Shown one piece after another: positions 41,329 to 49,244 of a stretch of 64,000 nt of DNA. The translations under genes were made by a program, and so were the position numbers. This DNA is from Acidobacteriota bacterium (GTDB taxonomy: Bacteria; Acidobacteriota; Terriglobia; Bryobacterales; UBA6623), in assembly GCA_027592785.1 (NCBI GenBank), contig JAQCLD010000007.1, forward strand, positions 7,995-71,994, written 5' to 3'. The notes beneath the pieces are model-generated. The model made no database searches. It had not been told where the DNA came from and saw only the letters and a list, made by a program, of their open reading frames with translations. Each line of letters begins with the position of its first letter. The first letter of the stretch is position 1.

Positions 41329-41358
41329 ATAATAGCAGAGAAAGTCATCTACTCCCAA
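41329..41358 (-). promoter_or_regulatory. Candidate sigma70-type promoter for gltBD (TTGGGA-N18-TATTAT on the minus strand)
   Basis: Plus strand has tcccaa at 41353-41358 and ataata at 41329-41334. It lies about 150 nt upstream of the gltB ATG. By-eye match only. Confidence 0.25.
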
Positions 41359-41393
41359 CTATTAGCTTGTCTAATGCAGGAGAGGGCGTCCTG

Positions 41394-42269
41394 CTACCGG
41401 CGAGAGCTAATGACGGCTAGCGCTTCGGAGATCCGCCCGGAAAGTGCTTCGACCTTCTTGAGTACGGCATCTGGGTCGCCGACGCCCAGCGGAGCGATCA
41501 CATCCGACAACTGAGTTTCAGTCTTGAACTCCACCGTGCCATAGCCGAGCGCGGCCGCGAGGCTGTCGGAGACGGCGATTAGGGAAGCGAGGCTCCCCCG
41601 AGCAAGTCCCGCTTCGTGATGGCTGGCGATCGCCTCGGTCATGTCAGGCGGAAGGTTCCAACTCTTGGACAGCCAGTGCCCGGCGCTGCAGTGGTCAATC
41701 TCAAACAACTTCTTCTCAGTCGTTCGAAAGTCAAAATCGTTCTCCGACGCAACCGCGAGCAAGTTTTCATATTCGTCTGGGTAGCACGCCAGCAGCGCTA
41801 GCCGTCCAACGTCGTGAAGCAGCCCCGCCGTATACGCACGGTCCTTCGTTTGTCCGGCGAATTCCGCCAGATCCTCCGCGATCAGGGCACAGGCCACGCT
41901 GTGGTCCCAGCAGCGCCGCAGCCCCTTATGCTTCATGAAGTTCTGGGTAAACCGCCCAAGCGCAACAGTGAGCGCAAGCCGCTTCACCGCATCCCCGCCC
42001 AGAACCACAACAGCGTGCGACACGCTATCGACGTGTCGGCTCAGTCCATAGAGCGGCGAGTTCGAGACCCGCAGGATCTCCGCCGACAGGGCCGGATCCA
42101 TGCGCAACAGCTTGACCACGTCCTTGACCGGAACGTCGGAATCTAGCAATCCCATCAGTTGAAGCGCTACCGCCGGGAAGGGCGGCAGATTCTTGATGGC
42201 CCAGGGTTGCGCCACGGCATTCGCCGGCGGCTGGCTCGTGGAAGAAGCGGTCGATTGGGGTAATGCCAT
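41394..42269 (-). CDS. HDOD-domain signalling protein
   Basis: LPPFPAVALQLMGLL...VKLLRMDPALSAEILRVSNSPLYG...LLHDVGRL, typical of HDOD. The start is uncertain (ATG 42269 or TTG 42311). Confidence 0.75.
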   Translation of the reverse strand: MALPQSTASSTSQPPANAVAQPWAIKNLPPFPAVALQLMGLLDSDVPVKDVVKLLRMDPALSAEILRVSNSPLYGLSRHVDSVSHAVVVLGGDAVKRLALTVALGRFTQNFMKHKGLRRCWDHSVACALIAEDLAEFAGQTKDRAYTAGLLHDVGRLALLACYPDEYENLLAVASENDFDFRTTEKKLFEIDHCSAGHWLSKSWNLPPDMTEAIASHHEAGLARGSLASLIAVSDSLAAALGYGTVEFKTETQLSDVIAPLGVGDPDAVLKKVEALSGRISEALAVISSRR

Positions 42270-42343
42270 GGGGGTCTCAGCTTTTATGACTCTTTGGCAT
42301 CTATCGGCCAAACCATGTGATTCTTATAGGCTCGACGAAAAAG

Positions 42344-43036
42344 ATGGATAAGGCGCCGTTATTAGAAGTCGAAAATCTCCGCTTTCGGTACCCCGACGGA
42401 GCCGCGGCCCTTGCGGGCGTCAACTTCCGGCTCGAAGAAGGCGAAACGGTTGCCTTGTTGGGACCAAACGGCGCCGGCAAGACGACCTTTCTTCATCTCC
42501 TCGTCGGTCTGCTTAACGGGCAGGGACGCGTCCAGGTCGTCGGACGACCAGTGGATCGCGCAAACATTGCCTTCGCTCGAAGTCAAATCGGGCTTCTTTT
42601 CCAAGACTCCAACGACCAGTTGTTTATGCCGACTGTCGCGGAAGATATAGCTTTTGGTCCCGCCAACGCGAGGTACCAGGAGCACGAAGTACTCCAGCGC
42701 GTCCGCCAAGCGCTCGCGACCGTCGGGCTCAGCGGCTTGGGTGAACGCCCGCCGCACCACCTCAGCGCCGGTCAGAAACGCCTGGCCGCTCTTGCCGGCA
42801 TCCTGGCCATGGAGCCCAAGATGATCTTGCTAGACGAGCCCGCTACTTTTCTCGATCCTCCTGCTCGAGCGCACCTCATCGAAACGTTGCGAGCCTTGCC
42901 CCAGGCGAAGATCGTCGTCACGCACGACATATCACTGGCCCGAGCCCTCGCTCAAAGAGCTGTATTTTTTGAGAAGGGCCGTATCGTCGCTGAAGGCTCT
43001 GTCGACGAAGTTGTCCAGGCACGATCCTGGCTCTAG
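42344..43036 (+). CDS. ABC transporter ATP-binding protein (CbiO/EcfA-like)
   Basis: Walker A GPNGAGKTT, signature LSAGQKR, Walker B ILLDEP, H-loop VTHD. Start is ATG 42344 or GTG 42317. Confidence 0.85.
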   Translation: MDKAPLLEVENLRFRYPDGAAALAGVNFRLEEGETVALLGPNGAGKTTFLHLLVGLLNGQGRVQVVGRPVDRANIAFARSQIGLLFQDSNDQLFMPTVAEDIAFGPANARYQEHEVLQRVRQALATVGLSGLGERPPHHLSAGQKRLAALAGILAMEPKMILLDEPATFLDPPARAHLIETLRALPQAKIVVTHDISLARALAQRAVFFEKGRIVAEGSVDEVVQARSWL

Positions 43037-43041
43037 GGTCG

Positions 43042-43851
43042 ATGAAGCACAATAAGTTTGTGCGTCGTTACCTGCGACTTTTTGGACAGTACTTCTTACA
43101 GTACTGCAAGGTTCGGCTGGAGTACCGCGGCGATCTCATCGTCTCGATCGCAACGACCCTCGTCGCTACGGGCCTCGGCCTCGCCCTCGTCTTTATCCTG
43201 TTCAATCGCAACCAACCCGTCGCCGGTTGGAGTTTAGACGAAATCCTATTCCTCTACGGATTCGGGCTCGTACCGCTCGCGCTCTTCAACACGATCAGCG
43301 TCAACCTGTATTACTTCGGGCAGCTCTACATCATCGAAGGGAAGTTTGACCGAGTCTTGCTGCGGCCTGTCCACTCCCTGTTCCAGGTGATGAGCGAGCA
43401 GTTTCGACTAGAATCTCTCAGCGATGCTCTCGTCGGCGTTGCCCTCATCATTTACGCAGGGCTTCGTCTCGACCTCAGCTTCAGCGCCATAGCGATAGCC
43501 GCCGGGATTGGCGCCGCCGCTTGCGGGTTCGCGATTTACTTCGCCGTATTCTTACTGCTTACCTGTGTCTCATTCTGGGTGGAGGACCGCGTCGGCATCA
43601 TCCCGCCGATCTACAATCTGCTCGCCTTCGGACGCTACCCGTTGGACATATACAACCCGGCGATTAAGGTCTTCCTGAGTTGGGTGGTGCCTTTCGGCTT
43701 CGCCGCGTTCTATCCGTCTGCCAAGTTTCTCGGCCACGACGAATACGCGCGCTACTTCCTGGCGATGCCCTTGGTCGCTGCGGCATTCCTCGTGGCAGCC
43801 GTCGTTCTGTGGAATCGCGGCGTCAACAACTACTCGAGCACAGGCTCTTAA
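43042..43851 (+). CDS. ABC-2-type transporter permease (about 6 TM helices)
   Basis: Multi-pass hydrophobic protein starting 5 bp after the ATPase gene. The N-terminus YLRLFGQYFLQYCKVRLEYRGDL resembles ABC-2/DUF990-type permeases. Confidence 0.7.
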   Translation: MKHNKFVRRYLRLFGQYFLQYCKVRLEYRGDLIVSIATTLVATGLGLALVFILFNRNQPVAGWSLDEILFLYGFGLVPLALFNTISVNLYYFGQLYIIEGKFDRVLLRPVHSLFQVMSEQFRLESLSDALVGVALIIYAGLRLDLSFSAIAIAAGIGAAACGFAIYFAVFLLLTCVSFWVEDRVGIIPPIYNLLAFGRYPLDIYNPAIKVFLSWVVPFGFAAFYPSAKFLGHDEYARYFLAMPLVAAAFLVAAVVLWNRGVNNYSSTGS

Positions 43852-43856
43852 GATTT

Positions 43857-44762
43857 CTACTGAATGAGGCCGAGTTCGCGTAGGCTTCGCCCCATCTCGG
43901 GCTCTTCGAGATCAATCATCGAGTAGCGCCGCAATACCTTCCCGTCTTCGATCGCAGCCGCATAGGGCACGTCGTTGAACGGAAAGGTTTCCTTGAGCAG
44001 GTCTAGGTCGGGCGACAGTTTCACCATGCCGGTCAAACCCGCGTCTTCAAGAAAGCCCGGCCCAAAGTAGAAGTCCTGTGTCGGCACGCCGACGAAGTCC
44101 GCCGGGAAGGTGTACTTCGACAGCTCTTTCCCAACAGCCAAGCAGTGCAAGCAAGTCGGGTTAAAGAAATAGAGGAATACCTTGCCCTGCCGCAGGTTGT
44201 AATCCTGGCCGTCGACTACAACCGTTGCCGGCACGTCCGTGCCGCCCTCGGGACCGAACTTGTCGAAACCCAGAGCAACCGTCGCCAAGGCGATGATCCC
44301 AAACAGCACGAACCGCGTCTGCTTGATCGCAACCATCTTCGGCGCGAACCAAGCCGCAATCAGCGAAGCGGCCATCATCGCTCCGTCGCTCCAAAAGAAC
44401 GCCGGTCCCACCGCGCGCTCCAGCCAGGGGAAACAACTGCAATCCTCGCCCTGCAATGCGGTGTAGTTCACCGCCATGTATGCCATAAAGGCCAACAGCA
44501 AGCCGGTCGAGACCAAGCCGCCGAGCCGTCGCCAGGCCGGGCGCAGCAACAAGACGCCAGCGAATAACTCGCTCGTCGCCACCGCCAGCGTCGCCGGCAG
44601 CGTCAACGCCGTCGGGAATAATAGCTGGCTCAGCTTGACCTGGAAGCCTCCAATATCGCTCAGCTTATAGAGGCCCGCGACGATCCAGAGCAGCGCCATC
44701 ACTCCTGCGCAAGTCCAACCGAGGGCGTTTTGCCAGCCGCCCAACTTCTGTGAGTCGTTCAT
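43857..44762 (-). CDS. MauE/DoxX-like membrane domain fused to a thioredoxin-fold (MauD/TlpA-like) domain
   Basis: Four to five TM helices with a CSC motif (GEDCSCFPW), then a soluble domain with CLHC in VFLYFFNPTCLHCL. ATG 44762 (MNDSQK) is preferred over track start 44927. Confidence 0.7.
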   Translation of the reverse strand: MNDSQKLGGWQNALGWTCAGVMALLWIVAGLYKLSDIGGFQVKLSQLLFPTALTLPATLAVATSELFAGVLLLRPAWRRLGGLVSTGLLLAFMAYMAVNYTALQGEDCSCFPWLERAVGPAFFWSDGAMMAASLIAAWFAPKMVAIKQTRFVLFGIIALATVALGFDKFGPEGGTDVPATVVVDGQDYNLRQGKVFLYFFNPTCLHCLAVGKELSKYTFPADFVGVPTQDFYFGPGFLEDAGLTGMVKLSPDLDLLKETFPFNDVPYAAAIEDGKVLRRYSMIDLEEPEMGRSLRELGLIQ

Positions 44763-44826
44763 GTGAAAAGGGTTAGACGAGGGAACCGCTCGTCGGATAG
44801 CCCTAGTATATCGACCAAGTGCTACA

Positions 44827-46131
44827 TTGGCAGCGTTGACGGTCGGAGGCTCCAGCACCAGTTCGGCAGCGGTGTGTCTTGAGCATCTCGCGTCCTGGGC
44901 ACGGCTCCGGCGAGGTCGGCAACACATCCGGAACTACCAGCTCCAGGCCCTACAACGCTTAATTCGCCACGCGGCGGATCAAGTTCCCTACTACCGCCAG
45001 GCTTTCGAGTCCGCCCAAGTCGGTCCAGCTGACCTTCGCAGCCTCGACGCTCTGGCACATTTTCCGATTAGCTCCAAAAGCGACCTACAGCGGGCCCCCC
45101 TTGCATCGCGCTTCGCAGCCGGCTTCAACGTGGAGAACTGTCGCGTCCATGAGACCTCCGGTTCCACCGGCGAGCGCCTGCTCATTGCGCGAACGCCCAC
45201 CGAAGAATTGAGACTCTTCGGACTACGATTGCGGTCGCAGATCCTCAACGTATTGCGCCCCTGGCATCGTCGGTTCATCATCGGGGCGAGTCCCCGCAAG
45301 CTGGCCGCTCACAAGCTCGGCGTCTTCCGGACTTCGGGCGTGGATCTCTCCCTCTCGCCAAAGGAAATGTTGGACAAAGCCGAACTCCACAGGCCGCACA
45401 TCATCAAGGGCCCGCCAGGAGCCTTGGAACTCCTTCTCGAAGAAGACCCCCAGCGCCTTACCGCTCTTTCGCTTGAGTTCATCCTAAGCGGCGCCGAGCA
45501 GTTGCCCGGCGGCCTGCGCGATCGACTAGAAGAGTGCTGTGCTTGCCGGGTCATCGACTCCTATGGTGCGGTCGAGTGCAATCTCATCGCCTGGGAGTGC
45601 AGGCACTGCGGGATGTATCACACCTGCGATGACTCCGTAATCGTTGAAGTTTTGAATGGAGATCGGCCGGCGTTGCCCGGACAAGAAGGGGACGTCATCG
45701 TCACCGCCTTACATAGCTACGCGATGCCGTTCATCCGGTATCGCATCGGGGACCGGGTCCGGCTTCCCGCCTCGTCGTCATCCTGCAGCATCCCGTTTGG
45801 AGTGATCCACAAGATCCAAGGTCGGTCGGTCGATTACTTGCGCTTCCCCGGCAACATCGCCGTCAGCCCCTACCAAATCATGGACCAACTCGACGCCATC
45901 CCGGAGGTGAGCCGATACCACGTCTTGCAAGATGAAACCCACTCCGTCAGGGTCACGTTCGAAGCCGCAGGCACCCACGATCCCTCGATCGAACATCGCG
46001 TGCGCGATAGTCTGAAGCAAGTACTGCCCGCCGACGTCTTCATCGAATCTCGCCGCGTAGATCGCATCGACTCAAGATCAGCGACGAAGCGACGCTTCGT
46101 CCAATCCAGAATCACAAGTGCCGCTGCCTAA
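44827..46131 (+). CDS. PaaK/F390-synthetase-family adenylate-forming enzyme (CapK-like)
   Basis: ...YQLQALQRLIRHAADQVPYYRQAF...FPISSKSDLQ... and the P-loop-like HETSGSTGERL. TTG start at 44827 is uncertain. Confidence 0.75.
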   Translation: MAALTVGGSSTSSAAVCLEHLASWARLRRGRQHIRNYQLQALQRLIRHAADQVPYYRQAFESAQVGPADLRSLDALAHFPISSKSDLQRAPLASRFAAGFNVENCRVHETSGSTGERLLIARTPTEELRLFGLRLRSQILNVLRPWHRRFIIGASPRKLAAHKLGVFRTSGVDLSLSPKEMLDKAELHRPHIIKGPPGALELLLEEDPQRLTALSLEFILSGAEQLPGGLRDRLEECCACRVIDSYGAVECNLIAWECRHCGMYHTCDDSVIVEVLNGDRPALPGQEGDVIVTALHSYAMPFIRYRIGDRVRLPASSSSCSIPFGVIHKIQGRSVDYLRFPGNIAVSPYQIMDQLDAIPEVSRYHVLQDETHSVRVTFEAAGTHDPSIEHRVRDSLKQVLPADVFIESRRVDRIDSRSATKRRFVQSRITSAAA

Positions 46132-47053
46132 CTCGATGCCTTCCGGCTTCCTAGCCTGGCAAGATGTGCGGCGTATCTTCGTTCTAACGTCCGGGGGACT
46201 ACTTGCGCAGTTCGTTCCTGCGCGCGCCTCTGCCTGCGTCACTCGCATCCTCTGTCGCGCCTACCAACTGCTCCTCGGTCAAACTGTCCGGGACCTCGAA
46301 AGAAAGATACGCAAGGCTTTGCCGGCAGACTCCCGACTCGATCCGCGCGCCATTGCCGAACAGCACATCCTCATGCGCCTCGAAGACATCTGGGGCCGCT
46401 TGCGCGGAATCCGGCGTTTCGGCTGGCATCCCCACATCGAATGGGAGGGCCTGGAACGGCTCGATGCTCCCCTTCGTGACGGCCGCGGAATCATCCTCTG
46501 GAGTATGCGCTTCTCCAGCGCAACCGTTCTCAAACAAGGCTTCTACCGCCAAGGCCTACCTTTCGCCCACCTCAGCGGAGTCAACCACGGTTCCGCCACG
46601 CTGACGACGCTCGGACTCCGCGTCGCCGCTCCGCTCTATTGCCGCGCAGAGAACTGCTACCTCAAAGAACGCATACAGATTCCCGTCGATGAATCCCTTA
46701 ACTATGTCCAAAGATTGCGTGAACGCCTTCGCTCCGGCAACCTCGTCTCGATCTTCGGAGAACACGAAGGCCGCCAAAGTTACGAAGCTCACCTACTCGG
46801 AACCACGATCAAGTTAGCGCTCGGGGCCCCGTCTCTTGCCTGGCTCGAAAACGCCGCCCTCTTTACCGCTGCCCCGATCCGTGTTGGTCCTTTCCGCTAC
46901 CGCATCGTCATCGACGAGGCCATCCCCATAGACCTGGCAAAGCCCCGTCGAGAATTCGCAGTGCAAGCCGCGCAGGAGTACGCCCGCCGTCTCGAAGCCC
47001 GCGTCCTGCAACATCCGGCCGACTGGCAAGGTTGGCTCTATCGTGAGTTCTAA
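46118..47053 (+). CDS. Lipid A biosynthesis (LpxL/HtrB-type, LABLAT) acyltransferase-like protein
   Basis: The C-terminal ...EYARRLEARVLQHPADWQGWLYREF resembles the PEQW-W-HRRWK tail of LpxL family members. The central block is GNLVSIFGEHEGRQ...LGAPSLA. The expected HX4(D/E) site reads WSMRFSSAT in my by-eye alignment. Overlaps the upstream gene by 14 nt. Confidence 0.55.
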   Translation: MPLPNSMPSGFLAWQDVRRIFVLTSGGLLAQFVPARASACVTRILCRAYQLLLGQTVRDLERKIRKALPADSRLDPRAIAEQHILMRLEDIWGRLRGIRRFGWHPHIEWEGLERLDAPLRDGRGIILWSMRFSSATVLKQGFYRQGLPFAHLSGVNHGSATLTTLGLRVAAPLYCRAENCYLKERIQIPVDESLNYVQRLRERLRSGNLVSIFGEHEGRQSYEAHLLGTTIKLALGAPSLAWLENAALFTAAPIRVGPFRYRIVIDEAIPIDLAKPRREFAVQAAQEYARRLEARVLQHPADWQGWLYREF

Positions 47054-47409
47054 GACCGCGGTTGCGAACCCCGGCACAGTACTGCTTCTGACAATCCTCA
47101 ATCGGCGAGAGACTGACGCCCGGATGGCATCCGCCAGCCCCGCGAGGACGAGTGTTTTCGCGATGGTCACAGTGGCTTGGTCAGCGCTTGGTGGCGCGCT
47201 TGAGCCGCTGATGATCGTACGCGCCTTCGGCTTGTAAACCAGTCAAAGTTGGCAGCTGCCATGATGGTAGCGGCCTGGTGACGGTATTCGCGTCGCGTTT
47301 CGGACTCCGGTTCGTCGATGACATTTTTAAAGTACTGCCAGGGATTGCAGTCGGATTGGTGGTGTCCGCCGTGGGGCGAATGCCCAAAAGAAGCTGAAGG
47401 AGATAGAAC

Positions 47410-48243
47410 ATGGCTGGTTTCGATGAAGACCGTTTAATTGGGTCGGACGTGGTAGAGGCGGCTCTGGGCAGGGCGAAATACATCGTGGGCGCGGTCGCCC
47501 TGTTGGTGCTCGTTTGGAACTGTGTCCAGTCAATCGGTGCTGGAGAACGTGGCGTGGTGTTCTCCCAACTTGGAGGCGTCAAAGCCGTCGTCCTAGATGA
47601 AGGGCTTCGGCTCAAGATCCCCTTTGTCGAGACCATCATCCCGATGGACGTCAAGATCCAGAAAGCGGAGACAACCTCGATCGCCTCATCGCAAGACCTG
47701 CAGACCATTACCGCCGCCATCGCTGTGAACTACCACATCGTGCCGGAAGCTGCGAATCAGGTCTATCAGAAAGTTGGAGTCTTGTATCGAGAACGGATTA
47801 TTGAGCCTGCCGTGCAGGAATCGATGAAGGCCGTGTCCGCTCAGTTTACAGCCGAACAGCTAATCACCCGACGAGCCGAGGTGTCGAATCGGATGCAGGA
47901 ATTCTTGTCTGAGAGGTTGCGGATTCACAGCATTGAAGTGGACGAGTTCTCGATCGTCGATTTCGGATTCTCGGAACAGTTCAACATGGCGATCGAAGCG
48001 AAACAGACCGCCGAGCAAAATGCGTTGAAGGCCGAGCGTGATCTGGACCGAGTGAAGATCGAGGCTGAACAATTGGTCACCCAGGCGACTGCTGAAGCCG
48101 AGAGCCAAAGACTCCAACGCGAGACGATCTCAAGCAACATACTGCAGTTGCGCGCCATCGAGAAATGGGATGGGAAACTGCCACAAGTCACCGGCGGCGG
48201 GGCCACCCCGTTCATCAATCTACAAAGTCTAAGCGCTCCCTAG
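47410..48243 (+). CDS. SPFH/band-7 (prohibitin-like) membrane protein
   Basis: N-terminal TM helix, SPFH core (ERGVVFSQLGGV...LKIPFVETIIPMDVKIQ) and a coiled-coil tail. Strong SD GAAGGAGA 7 nt upstream. Confidence 0.85.
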   Translation: MAGFDEDRLIGSDVVEAALGRAKYIVGAVALLVLVWNCVQSIGAGERGVVFSQLGGVKAVVLDEGLRLKIPFVETIIPMDVKIQKAETTSIASSQDLQTITAAIAVNYHIVPEAANQVYQKVGVLYRERIIEPAVQESMKAVSAQFTAEQLITRRAEVSNRMQEFLSERLRIHSIEVDEFSIVDFGFSEQFNMAIEAKQTAEQNALKAERDLDRVKIEAEQLVTQATAEAESQRLQRETISSNILQLRAIEKWDGKLPQVTGGGATPFINLQSLSAP

Positions 48244-48275
48244 GCGACCGCGTCATCGCGCCGCCTTAGGGAGGT

Positions 48276-48437
48276 ATGGACCTCATTGGACACAGGACGC
48301 CGAGCCTGACTCTGCGATACACTCATCTTTCGATGGACTGCAAACGCCAAGCGGTCCGGCAACTGCCGGCGTTAGGCGAACAGAGTACCCTAAAATATCC
48401 CCATCCGGGAAATCGGGACTCAAGCGGTAGTCGCTAA
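48276..48437 (+). pseudogene. C-terminal relic of a tyrosine recombinase/integrase (53 codons)
   Basis: Translation is MDLIGHRTPSLTLRYTHLSMDCKRQ.... The LIGHxxxxxTxxYxHL block is the extreme C-terminal catalytic-Tyr motif of phage-type integrases. An in-frame TAG lies 2 codons upstream, and only 32 nt separate it from the SPFH stop. It ends 19 nt before tRNA-Leu. Confidence 0.5.
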
Positions 48438-48456
48438 GTAGTTGGTTATCAGCGCT

Positions 48457-48545
48457 GCTGGAGTGGCGGAATTGGCAGACGCACCGGACTCAAAATCCGG
48501 CGACCTTTACCGGTCGTGAGGGTTCGACCCCCTCCTCCAGCACCA
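48457..48545 (+). tRNA. tRNA-Leu (anticodon CAA), long variable arm, CCA encoded
   Basis: Acceptor stem GCTGGAG/CTCCAGC, D arm GCGGAATTGGCAGACGC, anticodon stem-loop CCGGA-CTCAAAA-TCCGG, variable arm CGACC...GGTCG, T arm GAGGG-TTCGACC-CCCTC, discriminator A plus CCA. Confidence 0.9.
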
Positions 48546-48639
48546 CAACCCTAAAGATTTTGCGGTACCGCTTCACTGAGTCGTCCGTATCCATCTGAAA
48601 TCTATTAGACTTGGTGGCGCGGAAGGGGATAAACCAGCC

Positions 48640-48987
48640 TTGCTTAGCCTTTCAAATCAGACGTCCGGCATAGCGGAGTCCATCGTCCCAATTCTGAACC
48701 GGTTGCTTCGCAGCCGGTTCGGACGTTCCCTGGTCATCTTCGCCGTCTTTTTCGTCTGCGTCTTCCTTGTCGCTACTGCAGCGGGTTTCTCAGGGCTCCT
48801 TTTCGCTTTGCTTCTCGCCAGCTGCGGCGCCGCAGCAGACGTCATCATGCTCAGCCGCCGTATCGGAAAGCCAGGAGAGCGTATCGAAGACTTGGGAAGG
48901 TCCGTGACCATCATCATCGCGGCTGGCGTAGCTCTGCTTATCGCCGCGCTCATCTTCCGCGAAATCGCCCATCGCTCCCTTCAATAG
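48640..48987 (+). CDS. Hypothetical small membrane protein (3 predicted TM helices)
   Basis: TTG start with GGAAGGGGA about 10 nt upstream. Hydrophobic helices SLVIFAVFFVCVFLVATAAGF, LLFALLLASCGAAA and IIIAAGVALLIAALIF. No recognisable family. Confidence 0.4.
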   Translation: MLSLSNQTSGIAESIVPILNRLLRSRFGRSLVIFAVFFVCVFLVATAAGFSGLLFALLLASCGAAADVIMLSRRIGKPGERIEDLGRSVTIIIAAGVALLIAALIFREIAHRSLQ

Positions 48988-49111
48988 ATTTCGTCCCCTT
49001 CAGCGCCCCTTCATACCCGGACGGCAGGTCGCGCACTTTCAGTCGATTGTCCATATGTTGTCCAGGTGGCTAGAGTCGACGACGGAACCTCCAAGTTGAG
49101 CCACGGCCATG

Positions 49112-49156
49112 ATATCAAGTTACTTTAAATCAACAACTTATTAATCAAGCTGAACG
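49112..49156. repeat. Three direct repeats of (A/T)ATCAA(G/C) at exact 15-bp spacing in AT-rich DNA upstream of the CarH-like gene
   Basis: ATCAAG at 49114, ATCAAC at 49129 and ATCAAG at 49144. The surrounding 49110-49160 and 49195-49245 are visibly AT-rich compared with the rest of the window. Confidence 0.5.
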
Positions 49157-49244
49157 GTCCCTTCACTGGACCTCCGGCCGCATCTCCCAAAGCTGTACCT
49201 TTTTCTTTCGCAGAAAACGTACATTTATTGCATAATTTTTGTCA

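Noticed and set aside
47043-47237. 64-aa + strand ORF whose tail (VTVAWSALGGALEPLMI) briefly resembled a sodium:solute symporter segment
   Set aside because: The order of the putative matching blocks is reversed relative to PutP-type symporters, and the match is only a few hydrophobic residues. Too weak to call a relic.
47181-47720. 179-aa minus-strand ORF overlapping the SPFH gene start
   Set aside because: It is antisense to the SPFH gene for most of its length. It is Ser/Thr/Pro-rich with no family resemblance.
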